Notes: a model not told the origin generated them from the sequence alone. Positions 1 through 11,233 are shown, counted from the first letter of the stretch. The stretch: 32,000 bases of DNA from Mycobacterium tuberculosis H37Rv (GCF_000195955.2 NC_000962.3:1290001-1322000); one strand, 5' to 3'. A program made the numbers and translations.

Positions 1-1026
1 GCGATCTACGACAAGTGGCTGACCCTGGGACCGCTCATCGACCAGTTCGGGATGACCACCAAGGGATATACCGTCCATCCCTTCCGGGAGGTCAGCGAGC
101 TGGCAGCCAACTTCGGGGTGATGAATTCCGGTGTGGCGGTGGGTCGTCCGGCGATCACCACGGCTAAGCGGATGGCTGACGTGATCCTGGCGCTGTCCGG
201 CACATGCAACGGGCGACTCGCGGTCGAGGGATTCCTCGAGCTGGAGAAGCGTACCGGGCAGCGGCTGGCTCATCTGGCCGAGGGCAGCGAGGAACGCCGC
301 ATCACCTACGCCGATACCCAGGCGCGTCCCGTGCCGGTGATCACCAGCCCGGAATGGTCGGGCAGCGAGAGCGGTGGCCGCCGCTACGCGCCGTTCACGA
401 TCAACATCGAGCATCTTAAGCCGTTTCACACGCTCACCGGGCGTATGCACTTCTACCTGGCGCATGACTGGGTCGAAGAACTCGGCGAGCAGTTGCCCGT
501 CTATCGGCCGCCGCTGGACATGGCGCGGCTGTTCAACCAGCCCGAGCTCGGACCGACCGACGATGGACTCGGGCTCACCGTGCGCTATCTGACGCCGCAC
601 TCCAAGTGGTCGTTTCACTCGACCTACCAGGACAACCTATACATGTTGTCGTTGTCCCGTGGCGGTCCGACGATGTGGATGAGCCCGGGTGACGCGGCGA
701 AAATCAATGTGCGCGACAATGATTGGGTAGAGGCGGTCAATGCCAACGGCATCTACGTGTGCCGGGCAATCGTCAGCCACCGGATGCCCGAGGGTGTGGT
801 GTTCGTCTACCACGTGCAGGAGCGCACCGTGGACACGCCGCGCACCGAGACCAACGGCAAACGCGGCGGCAACCATAACGCGCTGACCCGCGTACGAATC
901 AAACCCAGCCACCTGGCCGGTGGCTACGGCCAGCACGCGTTCGCGTTCAACTACCTGGGTCCGACCGGTAACCAGCGTGACGAGGTGACCGTGGTGCGCC
1001 GCCGCAGCCAGGAAGTGCGGTACTGA
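1..1026 (+). CDS. narG: Respiratory nitrate reductase alpha subunit, C-terminal part (5' end outside window)
   Basis: Frame open from base 1 (AIYDKWLTLGPLIDQFGMTTKGYTVHPFREVSELAANFG...) to TGA at 1024-1026. Followed by narH, narJ and narI. Confidence 0.95.
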   Translation, partial: AIYDKWLTLGPLIDQFGMTTKGYTVHPFREVSELAANFGVMNSGVAVGRPAITTAKRMADVILALSGTCNGRLAVEGFLELEKRTGQRLAHLAEGSEERRITYADTQARPVPVITSPEWSGSESGGRRYAPFTINIEHLKPFHTLTGRMHFYLAHDWVEELGEQLPVYRPPLDMARLFNQPELGPTDDGLGLTVRYLTPHSKWSFHSTYQDNLYMLSLSRGGPTMWMSPGDAAKINVRDNDWVEAVNANGIYVCRAIVSHRMPEGVVFVYHVQERTVDTPRTETNGKRGGNHNALTRVRIKPSHLAGGYGQHAFAFNYLGPTGNQRDEVTVVRRRSQEVRY

Positions 1027-1064
1027 CCAATGAAGGGCCCGAGCGACGCTTGCGGAGCGAGACG

Positions 1065-2741
1065 ATGAAGGTCATGGCGCAGATGGCGATGGTGATGAAC
1101 CTCGACAAATGCATTGGTTGCCATACCTGCTCGGTGACCTGCAAGCAGGCCTGGACCAATCGCTCGGGAACCGAGTACGTGTGGTTCAACAATGTCGAAA
1201 CCCGTCCGGGTGTGGGCTACCCGCGCACCTACGAGGATCAGGAGCGGTGGCGCGGGGGGTGGGTGCGCGACAAGAAGGGCCGGCTGCGGCTGCGCGACGG
1301 CGGCCGGATCCATAAGCTGTTGCGCATCTTTGCCAACCCCAAGCTGCCCACTATCGGCGACTACTACGAGCCGTGGACCTATGACTACGAAAACCTGACA
1401 TCGGCGCCGGCGGGTGACACCTTTCCGACCGCGGCGCCGCGAAGCCTGATCAGCGGCAATCCGATGAAGGTGTCGTGGGGATCCAACTGGGACGACAACC
1501 TGGCCGGGTCGCCAGAGATCGTGCCGAACGACCCGGTGCTAAAGAAGGTCAACCAAGTCAACCAAGAGGTCAAGCTGAAGCTTGAAGAGACCTTCATGTT
1601 TTACCTGCCGCGGATCTGCGAGCACTGCCTGAACCCGTCGTGTGTGGCGTCGTGTCCGTCGGGGGCGATGTACAAGCGCACCGAGGACGGCATCGTGCTC
1701 GTCGACCAGGACCGCTGCCGCGGCTGGCGGATGTGTGTGTCCGGGTGCCCATACAAGAAGGTGTATTTCAACCACAAGACCGGCAAGGCCGAAAAGTGCA
1801 CCCTGTGCTATCCGCGCATCGAGGTGGGGTTGCCGACGGTGTGCTCGGAAACGTGTGTGGGGCGGCTGCGCTATCTGGGTCTGGTGCTCTATGACGTCGA
1901 TCAGGTGCTGCAGGCCGCGTCGGTGGAAAGCGACACCGACCTCTACGAGGCGCAGCGCCGGATCCTGCTGGACCCGCACGATCCGCGGGTGATCGCCGGG
2001 GCGCGCGCGGAAGGCATCGCCGACGAGTGGATCGAGGCCGCCCAGCGGTCCCCGGTGTACGCGTTGATCAACACCTACCGGGTGGCGCTGCCGCTACATC
2101 CAGAGTACCGGACCATGCCGATGGTCTGGTACATCCCGCCGCTGTCGCCGGTGGTCGACGCGGTCAGCCGCGACGGGCACGACGGGGAGGACCTGGGCAA
2201 TTTGTTCGGCGCGCTGGACGCACTGCGGATTCCGATTGCCTATCTGGCCGAGCTGTTCACCGCGGGCGACACCGAGGTGGTCGCGGGCGTGTTGCGGCGG
2301 CTGGCGGCGATGCGCTGCTACATGCGCGACATCAACCTGGGCCGGGAGACCCAGCCCCACATCCCGGAATCGGTCGGGATGACCGAGGAGCAGATCTACC
2401 AGATGTACCGACTGTTGGCTGTGGCGAAATATGAAGAGCGCTATGTCATTCCGACGTCGTACGCGGGGGAGCTGCCGGCCGCGGCGATGACCGACGATAT
2501 GGGGTGCTCGTTGTCGGTCGACGGCGGACCGGGAATGTACGAGTCCGGTCCGTTCGGGCAGGGCAGCCCTACTCCGGTGCCAATCGCCGTGGAGAGCTTC
2601 CACGCTCTGCAGCATGCCGGTAGCGCGGCCACCGGCGGCGCTGGCCGATCCCGGGTCAACCTGCTCAACTGGGACCCCAACGGCGCAGCGGCGGGGCTCT
2701 TCCCGGAGCCTCAGCCCAGCAAGGATGTGGTCCAGCGATGA
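1065..2741 (+). CDS. narH: Respiratory nitrate reductase beta subunit (Fe-S), 558 aa from ATG 1065
   Basis: Cysteine motifs CIGCHTC, CEHCLNPSC, CRGWRMCVSGC and CTLCYPR typical of NarH. The track ORF starts further upstream at TTG 1050. Confidence 0.96.
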   Translation: MKVMAQMAMVMNLDKCIGCHTCSVTCKQAWTNRSGTEYVWFNNVETRPGVGYPRTYEDQERWRGGWVRDKKGRLRLRDGGRIHKLLRIFANPKLPTIGDYYEPWTYDYENLTSAPAGDTFPTAAPRSLISGNPMKVSWGSNWDDNLAGSPEIVPNDPVLKKVNQVNQEVKLKLEETFMFYLPRICEHCLNPSCVASCPSGAMYKRTEDGIVLVDQDRCRGWRMCVSGCPYKKVYFNHKTGKAEKCTLCYPRIEVGLPTVCSETCVGRLRYLGLVLYDVDQVLQAASVESDTDLYEAQRRILLDPHDPRVIAGARAEGIADEWIEAAQRSPVYALINTYRVALPLHPEYRTMPMVWYIPPLSPVVDAVSRDGHDGEDLGNLFGALDALRIPIAYLAELFTAGDTEVVAGVLRRLAAMRCYMRDINLGRETQPHIPESVGMTEEQIYQMYRLLAVAKYEERYVIPTSYAGELPAAAMTDDMGCSLSVDGGPGMYESGPFGQGSPTPVPIAVESFHALQHAGSAATGGAGRSRVNLLNWDPNGAAAGLFPEPQPSKDVVQR

Positions 2742-3403
2742 AGTTGCTGTCTCGTGTCCGAGAGCGGTCGAGCGCCACCACAATGAGGGACCGACTGGTG
2801 TGGCAGTCGGCCTCGCTACTGCTGGCCTATCCGGATGACGGGCTGGCCGAGCGGCTGCACATGGTCGATGCGCTGCGCGCCCACCAAACGGGCCCGGCGG
2901 CGGCGCTGCTAGGGCGAACGGTAGCGGAGTTGCGTGCCCTGGCGCCGATGGCCGCGGCGGCGCAGTACGTCGAGACCTTCGATATGCGACGCCGATCCAC
3001 GATGTATCTGACGTACTGGACCGCCGGGGACACCCGCAACCGCGGCCGGGAGATGCTGGCGTTCGCCACCGCCTATCGAGACGCCGGCGTCAAGCCGCCG
3101 CGTACCGAGGCGCCCGACTACCTGCCCGTCGTGCTCGAGTTCGCCGCCACCGTCGACCCCGAGGCCGGACGTCGGCTGCTGACCGAGCACCGTGTGCCGA
3201 TCGACGTGTTGCGCGGCGCGCTGGCCGACGCCAAGTCACCCTATGAGTACACCGTGGCGGCGATCTGCGAGACACTGCCCGCTGCCACCAACCAGGAAGT
3301 GCGTCGGGCACAACGCCTAGCTCAGTCGGGGCCGCCCGCGGAAGCCGTTGGTTTGCAACCGTTTACCTTGACCGTCCCGCCCAAGCGCGCCGAGGGGGCC
3401 TGA
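2738..3403 (+). CDS. narJ: Nitrate reductase molybdenum cofactor assembly chaperone; alternative GTG start at 2798 gives 201 aa
   Basis: Located between narH and narI. Contains LLLAYPDD and TYLTYWTAGDTRNRG motifs typical of NarJ. ATG 2738 overlaps the narH stop (ATGA). Confidence 0.9.
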   Translation: MKLLSRVRERSSATTMRDRLVWQSASLLLAYPDDGLAERLHMVDALRAHQTGPAAALLGRTVAELRALAPMAAAAQYVETFDMRRRSTMYLTYWTAGDTRNRGREMLAFATAYRDAGVKPPRTEAPDYLPVVLEFAATVDPEAGRRLLTEHRVPIDVLRGALADAKSPYEYTVAAICETLPAATNQEVRRAQRLAQSGPPAEAVGLQPFTLTVPPKRAEGA

Positions 3404-3405
3404 CC

Positions 3406-4146
3406 TTGGCCGTCTTGGACTTGGTTGAGATCTTCTGGGATGCCGCGCCTTACGTCGTTGTGGCGATCGCGGTGGTCGGCACCTGGTGGCGGTATCGCTA
3501 CGACAAGTTCGGCTGGACCACACGCTCGTCGCAGCTCTACGAGTCGCGGTTGCTGTCGATCGGCAGCCCGATGTTCCATTTCGGCAGCTTGCTGGTGATC
3601 ATGGGCCACGTGATGGGCCTGTTCATTCCGGATTCCTGGACCAGAGCGTTCGGCATGAGCGATCACCTGTACCATCTGCAGGCGCTGCTGCTTGGCGCGC
3701 CCGCCGGTTTCGCCACTCTGCTCGGTATCGGGTTGCTGATCTATCGGCGGCGCATCCAGACACCGGTGTGGCTGGCTACCACTCGGAATGACAAGCTGAT
3801 GTACCTGGTGCTGGTGTGCGCGATCGTGGCTGGCCTGGCATGCACGCTGATGGGCGCCACCCATGAGGGCGATATGCACGATTACCGGCGCTCGGTGTCG
3901 GTCTGGTTCCGCTCGATCTGGATGCTAGCGCCGCGTGGCGATCTGATGGCCCAGGCGACGCTGTACTACCAGGTGCATGTGCTGATCGCGCTCGCGCTGT
4001 TTGCGCTCTGGCCGTTTACCCGATTGGTGCACGCGTTCAGCGCGCCGATCGCCTACCTGTTCCGGCCCTACATCGTGTACCGCAGCCGCGAGGTGGCGGC
4101 CAAGCACGAATTGATCGGTTCCGCGCCGCGTCGTCGTGGGTGGTAG
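3406..4146 (+). CDS. narI: Respiratory nitrate reductase gamma subunit (cytochrome b), 246 aa, TTG start
   Basis: Multiple TM segments; YRYDKFGWTTRSSQLYE and FHFGSLLVIMGHVMGL typical of NarI. Confidence 0.95.
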   Translation: MAVLDLVEIFWDAAPYVVVAIAVVGTWWRYRYDKFGWTTRSSQLYESRLLSIGSPMFHFGSLLVIMGHVMGLFIPDSWTRAFGMSDHLYHLQALLLGAPAGFATLLGIGLLIYRRRIQTPVWLATTRNDKLMYLVLVCAIVAGLACTLMGATHEGDMHDYRRSVSVWFRSIWMLAPRGDLMAQATLYYQVHVLIALALFALWPFTRLVHAFSAPIAYLFRPYIVYRSREVAAKHELIGSAPRRRGW

Positions 4147-4167
4147 TTCTCTGCCACAATCACCGTC

Positions 4168-6054
4168 GTGCCATTCCGCAACGTTGCCATCGTCGCGCAC
4201 GTCGACCACGGCAAGACCACCCTGGTTGACGCCATGTTGCGGCAGTCCGGGGCGCTGCGTGAACGCGGTGAGCTGCAGGAACGGGTGATGGACACGGGCG
4301 ATCTGGAGCGGGAGAAGGGCATCACCATCCTGGCCAAGAACACCGCCGTGCACCGCCATCACCCGGATGGAACCGTCACCGTAATCAATGTCATAGACAC
4401 CCCGGGGCACGCGGACTTCGGTGGCGAGGTGGAGCGCGGGCTGTCCATGGTGGACGGGGTGCTGCTGCTGGTCGACGCCTCCGAGGGTCCATTGCCGCAG
4501 ACGCGGTTTGTTCTGCGTAAAGCGCTGGCCGCCCATTTGCCGGTGATTCTGGTGGTCAACAAGACAGACCGGCCCGACGCCCGCATCGCCGAGGTCGTGG
4601 ACGCCAGCCACGACCTGTTGCTAGATGTCGCGTCCGACCTTGACGACGAAGCGGCCGCAGCGGCCGAACACGCGCTGGGCCTGCCGACGCTGTACGCATC
4701 CGGGCGCGCCGGGGTGGCGAGCACCACGGCGCCGCCCGACGGCCAGGTTCCCGACGGCACCAACCTGGATCCGTTGTTCGAGGTGCTCGAAAAGCATGTG
4801 CCGCCGCCGAAAGGAGAGCCGGACGCACCGCTGCAGGCGCTGGTCACCAACCTGGACGCGTCGACCTTTCTGGGTCGGTTGGCGCTGATCCGCATCTACA
4901 ACGGCCGCATCCGCAAAGGCCAGCAGGTTGCGTGGATCCGTCAGGTGGATGGTCAGCAGACCGTCACCACTGCCAAGATCACCGAATTGTTGGCCACCGA
5001 AGGCGTGGAACGCAAACCAACCGACGCTGCCGTCGCCGGCGATATCGTCGCCGTCGCCGGCCTGCCCGAGATCATGATCGGCGACACGCTGGCCGCTTCC
5101 GCGAATCCCGTTGCCCTGCCCAGGATTACCGTGGACGAGCCGGCGATCTCGGTCACCATCGGCACCAACACCTCGCCGCTGGCGGGCAAGGTGGGTGGTC
5201 ACAAGCTCACCGCGCGCATGGTCCGAAGCAGGCTGGATGCCGAGCTGGTGGGCAACGTGTCGATTCGTGTCGTCGACATCGGCGCCCCGGACGCCTGGGA
5301 GGTACAGGGTCGCGGCGAGCTGGCGCTGGCGGTGCTGGTCGAGCAGATGCGCCGAGAGGGTTTCGAATTGACCGTGGGTAAGCCACAGGTGGTGACCAAG
5401 ACCATCGATGGCACGCTGCACGAGCCATTCGAGTCGATGACCGTCGACTGCCCCGAGGAGTACATCGGCGCGGTCACGCAATTGATGGCCGCGCGCAAGG
5501 GCCGCATGGTGGAGATGGCCAACCACACCACCGGCTGGGTCCGCATGGACTTCGTGGTTCCCAGTCGCGGCCTGATTGGGTGGCGCACCGACTTCCTCAC
5601 CGAGACCCGTGGCTCCGGTGTCGGGCATGCGGTGTTCGACGGATACCGGCCATGGGCGGGGGAGATCCGGGCCCGCCACACCGGTTCTCTGGTATCGGAC
5701 CGGGCCGGCGCCATCACACCGTTCGCGTTGCTGCAACTCGCCGATCGGGGGCAGTTCTTCGTCGAGCCCGGCCAACAGACCTACGAGGGCATGGTCGTCG
5801 GGATCAACCCCCGTCCGGAGGACCTCGACATCAATGTCACCCGGGAGAAGAAGCTGACCAACATGCGCTCATCGACCGCGGATGTCATCGAGACGCTGGC
5901 CAAGCCGCTGCAGCTGGATCTCGAGCGCGCCATGGAGTTATGTGCGCCCGACGAATGCGTCGAGGTGACCCCGGAGATCGTGCGGATCCGCAAAGTCGAG
6001 CTGGCCGCCGCCGCCCGGGCTCGCAGCCGGGCGCGCACCAAGGCGCGTGGCTAG
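4168..6054 (+). CDS. typA: GTP-binding elongation factor-like GTPase TypA/BipA, 628 aa, GTG start
   Basis: [13 protein letters not shown]-loop, [21 protein letters not shown] and NKTDR motifs. C-terminal TypA region [15 protein letters not shown]. Confidence 0.97.
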   Translation: MPFRNVAIVAHVDHGKTTLVDAMLRQSGALRERGELQERVMDTGDLEREKGITILAKNTAVHRHHPDGTVTVINVIDTPGHADFGGEVERGLSMVDGVLLLVDASEGPLPQTRFVLRKALAAHLPVILVVNKTDRPDARIAEVVDASHDLLLDVASDLDDEAAAAAEHALGLPTLYASGRAGVASTTAPPDGQVPDGTNLDPLFEVLEKHVPPPKGEPDAPLQALVTNLDASTFLGRLALIRIYNGRIRKGQQVAWIRQVDGQQTVTTAKITELLATEGVERKPTDAAVAGDIVAVAGLPEIMIGDTLAASANPVALPRITVDEPAISVTIGTNTSPLAGKVGGHKLTARMVRSRLDAELVGNVSIRVVDIGAPDAWEVQGRGELALAVLVEQMRREGFELTVGKPQVVTKTIDGTLHEPFESMTVDCPEEYIGAVTQLMAARKGRMVEMANHTTGWVRMDFVVPSRGLIGWRTDFLTETRGSGVGHAVFDGYRPWAGEIRARHTGSLVSDRAGAITPFALLQLADRGQFFVEPGQQTYEGMVVGINPRPEDLDINVTREKKLTNMRSSTADVIETLAKPLQLDLERAMELCAPDECVEVTPEIVRIRKVELAAAARARSRARTKARG

Positions 6055-6075
6055 CAACTTGGCGCGCTGGCCGCG

Positions 6076-6131
6076 CGAGCGTAACGCCACTGCGAAATCC
6101 AGCCCGGCTTTTCGCAGCCGGGTTACGCTCG
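6076..6131. repeat. Imperfect palindrome between typA and lpqW
   Basis: CGAGCGTAAC (6076-6085) pairs with GTTACGCTCG (6122-6131). Inner TGCGAAA (6091-6097) pairs with TTTCGCA (6110-6116). Confidence 0.8.
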
Positions 6132-6151
6132 TGGGGGTACTGGATAGCCTG

Positions 6152-8059
6152 ATGGGCGTGCCCAGCCCAGTCCGCCGCGTCTGTGTGACGGTCGGCGCGT
6201 TGGTCGCGCTGGCGTGTATGGTGTTGGCCGGGTGCACGGTCAGCCCGCCGCCGGCACCCCAGAGCACTGATACGCCGCGCAGCACACCGCCCCCGCCGCG
6301 CCGCCCTACCCAGATCATCATGGGCATCGACTGGATCGGCCCCGGGTTCAACCCGCATTTGCTGTCCGACCTGTCGCCGGTGAACGCCGCAATCAGTGCG
6401 TTGGTGTTGCCCAGCGCGTTCCGGCCGATTCCGGATCCCAACACGCCGACCGGTTCGCGCTGGGAGATGGACCCGACCCTGTTGGTTTCCGCCGACGTGA
6501 CCAACAACCACCCGTTCACGGTGACCTACAAGATCCGGCCCGAGGCGCAGTGGACGGACAACGCCCCGATCGCCGCCGACGACTTCTGGTATCTGTGGCA
6601 GCAGATGGTCACACAGCCGGGCGTCGTCGACCCCGCCGGATACCACCTGATCACCAGTGTCCAGTCGCTCGAGGGCGGTAAGCAGGCCGTCGTTACGTTC
6701 GCACAGCCCTACCCCGCTTGGCGTGAGTTGTTCACCGACATCCTGCCGGCGCACATCGTCAAGGACATACCAGGGGGCTTCGCGTCCGGTTTGGCTCGAG
6801 CGCTGCCGGTGACAGGTGGACAGTTTCGGGTGGAAAACATCGACCCACAGCGCGATGAGATCCTGATCGCCCGCAATGACCGTTACTGGGGCCCACCTTC
6901 CAAACCCGGCATCATTCTCTTCCGCCGGGCCGGGGCGCCGGCCGCGCTGGCCGATTCGGTACGTAACGGAGACACCCAGGTCGCCCAGGTGCATGGTGGC
7001 TCGGCGGCCTTCGCCCAGTTGTCGGCCATCCCCGACGTGCGGACCGCCCGGATCGTGACACCGCGGGTCATGCAGTTCACGCTGCGGGCAAACGTTCCCA
7101 AGCTGGCCGACACCCAGGTTCGCAAGGCGATTTTGGGGTTGCTGGACGTGGACCTACTTGCCGCCGTGGGCGCCGGCACCGACAACACCGTCACCTTGGA
7201 CCAGGCGCAGATTCGTTCGCCGAGTGACCCGGGTTATGTTCCGACCGCGCCTCCCGCAATGAGCAGCGCCGCCGCGCTGGGTCTGCTGGAGGCATCGGGA
7301 TTCCAGGTCGACACCAACACGTCGGTGTCGCCGGCGCCGTCGGTCCCCGATTCGACGACCACGTCGGTGAGCACCGGGCCGCCGGAAGTCATCCGCGGCC
7401 GGATCAGCAAGGACGGCGAACAGTTAACGCTGGTCATCGGGGTGGCCGCGAACGATCCGACCTCGGTGGCGGTCGCCAACACTGCTGCCGACCAGCTGCG
7501 CGACGTCGGCATCGCCGCGACTGTGCTGGCGTTAGACCCGGTCACGCTCTATCACGACGCGCTGAACGACAATCGGGTAGACGCCATTGTGGGCTGGCGC
7601 CAAGCCGGCGGAAACCTGGCGACGCTGCTGGCCTCTCGTTACGGCTGTCCCGCATTGCAGGCGACGACGGTCCCGGCTGCGAATGCGCCGACGACGGCCC
7701 CGTCCGCTCCCATTGGCCCTACGCCGTCCGCCGCGCCCGACACCGCGACACCGCCACCAACGGCGCCGCGCCGCCCATCCGACCCGGGCGCGCTGGTAAA
7801 AGCGCCGTCGAATCTCACCGGCATCTGCGACCGCAGCATCCAGTCGAACATCGATGCCGCACTCAATGGCACCAAGAACATCAACGACGTGATCACCGCG
7901 GTCGAACCGCGACTGTGGAATATGTCGACCGTGTTGCCGATCCTGCAGGACACCACGATCGTCGCGGCCGGCCCGAGCGTGCAGAACGTCAGCCTGTCTG
8001 GTGCGGTGCCAGTGGGCATCGTCGGCGACGCCGGCCAATGGGTGAAGACCGGGCAATAG
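6152..8059 (+). CDS. lpqW: Lipoprotein, family 5 extracellular solute-binding-like, 635 aa
   Basis: Signal sequence and lipobox [14 protein letters not shown]5-like body ([12 protein letters not shown]..., [24 protein letters not shown]). The ORF extends upstream to 6047, but that extension reads through the palindrome. Confidence 0.93.
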   Translation: MGVPSPVRRVCVTVGALVALACMVLAGCTVSPPPAPQSTDTPRSTPPPPRRPTQIIMGIDWIGPGFNPHLLSDLSPVNAAISALVLPSAFRPIPDPNTPTGSRWEMDPTLLVSADVTNNHPFTVTYKIRPEAQWTDNAPIAADDFWYLWQQMVTQPGVVDPAGYHLITSVQSLEGGKQAVVTFAQPYPAWRELFTDILPAHIVKDIPGGFASGLARALPVTGGQFRVENIDPQRDEILIARNDRYWGPPSKPGIILFRRAGAPAALADSVRNGDTQVAQVHGGSAAFAQLSAIPDVRTARIVTPRVMQFTLRANVPKLADTQVRKAILGLLDVDLLAAVGAGTDNTVTLDQAQIRSPSDPGYVPTAPPAMSSAAALGLLEASGFQVDTNTSVSPAPSVPDSTTTSVSTGPPEVIRGRISKDGEQLTLVIGVAANDPTSVAVANTAADQLRDVGIAATVLALDPVTLYHDALNDNRVDAIVGWRQAGGNLATLLASRYGCPALQATTVPAANAPTTAPSAPIGPTPSAAPDTATPPPTAPRRPSDPGALVKAPSNLTGICDRSIQSNIDAALNGTKNINDVITAVEPRLWNMSTVLPILQDTTIVAAGPSVQNVSLSGAVPVGIVGDAGQWVKTGQ

Positions 8060-8086
8060 CCCTGGTCACGCCGGCGGAATCGTCGG

Positions 8087-8692
8087 CTAGCTCTCGCGGC
8101 GTTCGCCGGTGGTGAGGATCATGGCGTCGATAATGCGTGTGAGCTGCTCACGGTCCGGCGGGGATCCGGTAAACAAGACATGCTGATGGATCAAGGCCGG
8201 TCCGATTCGTGCGGTCATCGGAGTCAGAGTTGCCGGGTCGATTTCGCCGGAACGCACGCCCGCCTGCAGGATGGACTCGACAATTCGCAGCCGCGGGGCC
8301 CACACCGAGTTGATGAAGATGGCGCGCAGCTCGGGCTCGTGTAGGAGCTGGCTGACGATTTCCATGCTGGGGAGGGCCGTCTTGCCGGCCAGGATTTCGC
8401 AGTTGGCGGTGAACACCGCCAGCAGATTCTCCCTTGCCGACCGGTCAGCGCGCGGCTCGGGTACCGGCGGCAAAGCGTATTGCACCGCGGCCAGCACCAG
8501 CTCACGTTTGCCGGCCCACCGCCGATACAACGCGGCTTTGCCGGTTTGGGCGCGTGCCGCGATGCCTTCCATGGTCAGCCCGCCGTATCCGGCGGATTCG
8601 AGTTCGGCCAGCGTCGCATCGTAGAGCGCACGCTCAAGCACCTCGCCGCGCCGCCGGTACGGGTTGGCCTTTGCGGGTGCGCTCACCGTCAT
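8087..8692 (-). CDS. TetR-family transcriptional regulator, 201 aa
   Basis: N-terminal HTH: RGEVLERALYDATLAELESAGYGGLTMEGIAARAQTGKAALYRRWAGKRELV. Confidence 0.92.
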   Translation of the reverse strand: MTVSAPAKANPYRRRGEVLERALYDATLAELESAGYGGLTMEGIAARAQTGKAALYRRWAGKRELVLAAVQYALPPVPEPRADRSARENLLAVFTANCEILAGKTALPSMEIVSQLLHEPELRAIFINSVWAPRLRIVESILQAGVRSGEIDPATLTPMTARIGPALIHQHVLFTGSPPDREQLTRIIDAMILTTGERRES

Positions 8693-8763
8693 GCTGCGAT
8701 ACTAGCCAACTGCGGCTTTTCCGCCGGCGCGGTTCGATCGATGCATCAGGTGAGGCCCTTTTG

Positions 8764-9804
8764 CTAGCCGGCGGCGGGTGACCGCAGTATCACTCCGGAA
8801 CGGGTTCTTGCCGCGACGGCGCCCACAGCGCCCCCGGCCAGGCTTGCCAATCCCAGCTGGGCCCACGAGGTTCCCGACGGACCGCCCGGCGCGGAGGTCG
8901 GGACGGCTTTGGCCAACGGCGTAATCGATTTGTCCGCAACCCAGCTGGGGGGCACCGACAACCCCCCGATCGTATCCGCATTTCCCAATGTTGCCGACAC
9001 CGCGGGCCTGACCGCGTTGGGTAGCAACTCCAGCGGGCCCTTGAGCGTGGGTGTCAGGCTCCGCATGGCGAGGTTGCCCATCATCTGGCCCATGTTGCTG
9101 CCCTCGACAAAGGCCAACACGTATTCCACGGGTATCGACGAGATTCGCGCGGCTGTGAGCGGGTAGGTGCCCTTCGTCAACAGCGTCCACAGCTTCGAAG
9201 GCAGATTCTTGGTCGCCGGCGCGGCGAATGACCCCACCGTCTCGGACACCGAACCGATCAGTTCATAAAGTCTGGCCAGCGCGCCCGGGTTGGCGATCGG
9301 CGCCGGGGGCGAGAACGGTGTCAGCCGTGCGGCGGCCGCCGCCATTGTGGCGTAGAGGTTCATCGCCTCGCCATCTTGGGACCAGTACTGGGCATACAGT
9401 GCATCGAGGGCAAAGATCGCGGGGGTGTGAATCCCGAAAATGTTGGTCGTGGCGAGAGCGAGGCGCGTCAGTCGGTTGGTCTCGATCACCGGCAGCGGCA
9501 CGTGTGCTGCGTGCGCCGCTTCATAGGCGCCTGCCACGACGCTGATGTGGTCGGCGACGAGTTCAGCCAGGGAAGCGGTCGTGACAATCCAGGCCCGAAA
9601 TGGGGCGACCGCAGCTGCCATGATCGTCGACGATGGCCCCCGCCACGATGTGATCAGCCCGTTGATCTCACTCTCGAACCGACTGGCCGCGTAGCTCAGC
9701 TCGTTGGACAGATTCTTCCAGGCGTTCGCGGCTACTAGAAACGGACGAGCGCTACCTTGGATGTTGAGGGAGTTGAACTCCGGCGGAAAAATTGTGAAAT
9801 CCAT
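8764..9804 (-). CDS. PPE17: PPE family protein (PPE-SVP type), 346 aa
   Basis: N-terminus [12 protein letters not shown] with PPE motif, SWRG turn, and GLSVPPSW (SVP motif). Confidence 0.95.
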
Positions 9805-9821
9805 TGTCGCTCAACCGCTGT

Positions 9822-10124
9822 CTAGGTGGAGGTGCCCGCGCGGTTGGCTAATTCGGTGAGCCAATACGAAGTCTTGCTGGTCTGAAGTGTTTGGACAAAT
9901 GACTCGTGGATCACATGGGCCTGGCGCGCGATCGCCTTGTACAGCTCGCCGTGCATGGAAAACAGCATCGACGTCACGATGGACACAAGATCGTGGGCGG
10001 GGGATTCCACATTGGTGATCAGCGGCGTGACCCCGTCATCATGGGCGCTCATCGTCACCCCGATCTCGTGGAGGTTGGCGGCCGTTTCCCCAATCGAATC
10101 GGGCCGTGTGGTGACAAAAGACAC
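9822..10124 (-). CDS. PE11: PE family protein, PE domain only, 100 aa (LipX)
   Basis: MSFVTTRPDSIGETAANLHEIG... immediately upstream of the PPE gene on the same strand. The track ORF adds 6 upstream codons (10142). Confidence 0.9.
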   Translation of the reverse strand: MSFVTTRPDSIGETAANLHEIGVTMSAHDDGVTPLITNVESPAHDLVSIVTSMLFSMHGELYKAIARQAHVIHESFVQTLQTSKTSYWLTELANRAGTST

Positions 10125-10303
10125 GCGTGCATCTCCTTCCACTGACGTGGTCTGATGGTGGGGGTCAGCGACGACTTGGGGTTCCGCACGGCATTGTAGA
10201 CGGAATCGTTCACTAAGGTATTTTCACCATAACGGCTTCGGTCACAAAACGGTAGCGATTCTGTTGAGGAATTTTTTCGACGCTCGCCCGGTAGGGTGCC
10301 TCC

Positions 10304-11215
10304 ATGTCTGAGACGCCGCGGCTGCTGTTTGTTCATGCACACCCCGACGATGAGAGCCTGAGCAACGGCGCAACCATCGCGCACTACACCTCCCGTGGCG
10401 CACAGGTCCATGTCGTCACGTGCACCCTGGGTGAGGAGGGCGAGGTCATTGGCGATCGCTGGGCTCAACTCACCGCCGATCATGCGGACCAACTCGGTGG
10501 CTACCGCATCGGCGAGCTCACCGCGGCGTTGCGAGCGCTCGGGGTCAGCGCACCGATCTACCTTGGCGGCGCGGGTCGCTGGCGCGACTCCGGCATGGCC
10601 GGCACAGACCAGCGGAGTCAGCGGAGATTCGTCGATGCTGACCCCCGGCAGACCGTCGGGGCATTGGTCGCGATCATTCGCGAGCTGCGGCCGCATGTCG
10701 TGGTGACCTATGACCCCAATGGCGGTTACGGTCATCCTGACCACGTGCACACCCACACCGTCACTACCGCCGCGGTGGCCGCAGCGGGTGTTGGGTCCGG
10801 TACCGCAGATCACCCCGGCGACCCGTGGACGGTGCCGAAGTTCTACTGGACGGTCTTGGGTCTGAGCGCGCTCATTTCGGGCGCGCGAGCCCTGGTCCCC
10901 GACGATCTGCGACCCGAATGGGTGTTGCCGCGGGCCGACGAGATTGCATTCGGGTACTCCGACGACGGTATCGACGCCGTCGTCGAGGCCGATGAGCAGG
11001 CGCGAGCCGCCAAGGTTGCGGCACTGGCTGCCCATGCCACCCAAGTTGTCGTCGGCCCGACCGGCCGGGCCGCCGCCTTGTCGAACAACCTGGCACTGCC
11101 CATCCTGGCCGATGAGCATTACGTGCTCGCCGGCGGCTCCGCGGGCGCCCGCGATGAACGTGGCTGGGAAACTGATCTGCTCGCCGGTCTGGGCTTCACC
11201 GCGTCCGGCACGTAG
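10304..11215 (+). CDS. mshB: N-acetyl-1-D-myo-inosityl-2-amino-2-deoxy-alpha-D-glucopyranoside deacetylase (mycothiol biosynthesis), 303 aa
   Basis: [22 protein letters not shown] (LmbE/PIG-L zinc motif) and [10 protein letters not shown]. Confidence 0.96.
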   Translation: MSETPRLLFVHAHPDDESLSNGATIAHYTSRGAQVHVVTCTLGEEGEVIGDRWAQLTADHADQLGGYRIGELTAALRALGVSAPIYLGGAGRWRDSGMAGTDQRSQRRFVDADPRQTVGALVAIIRELRPHVVVTYDPNGGYGHPDHVHTHTVTTAAVAAAGVGSGTADHPGDPWTVPKFYWTVLGLSALISGARALVPDDLRPEWVLPRADEIAFGYSDDGIDAVVEADEQARAAKVAALAAHATQVVVGPTGRAAALSNNLALPILADEHYVLAGGSAGARDERGWETDLLAGLGFTASGT

Positions 11216-11233
11216 GCTGCCAACCAGGCAGCC
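11215..11233 (+). terminator. GC-rich hairpin immediately after the mshB stop, no U-tract
   Basis: GGCTGCC (11215-11221), AACCA loop, GGCAGCC (11227-11233): a perfect 7-bp stem that overlaps the last base of the TAG stop. Confidence 0.4.

Noticed and set aside
4621-5775. 384-aa ORF antisense to typA
   Set aside because: typA is a clear conserved GTPase. Long antisense ORFs are expected in high-GC DNA with strong codon bias, and this translation shows no recognisable domain.
5885-6994. 369-aa minus-strand ORF spanning the typA end and lpqW
   Set aside because: Low-complexity Arg/Gly/His-rich translation opposite two well-supported genes; treated as a shadow ORF.
10055-11119. 354-aa minus-strand ORF antisense to mshB
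   Set aside because: mshB carries clear LmbE/PIG-L motifs. The antisense translation has no recognisable family.
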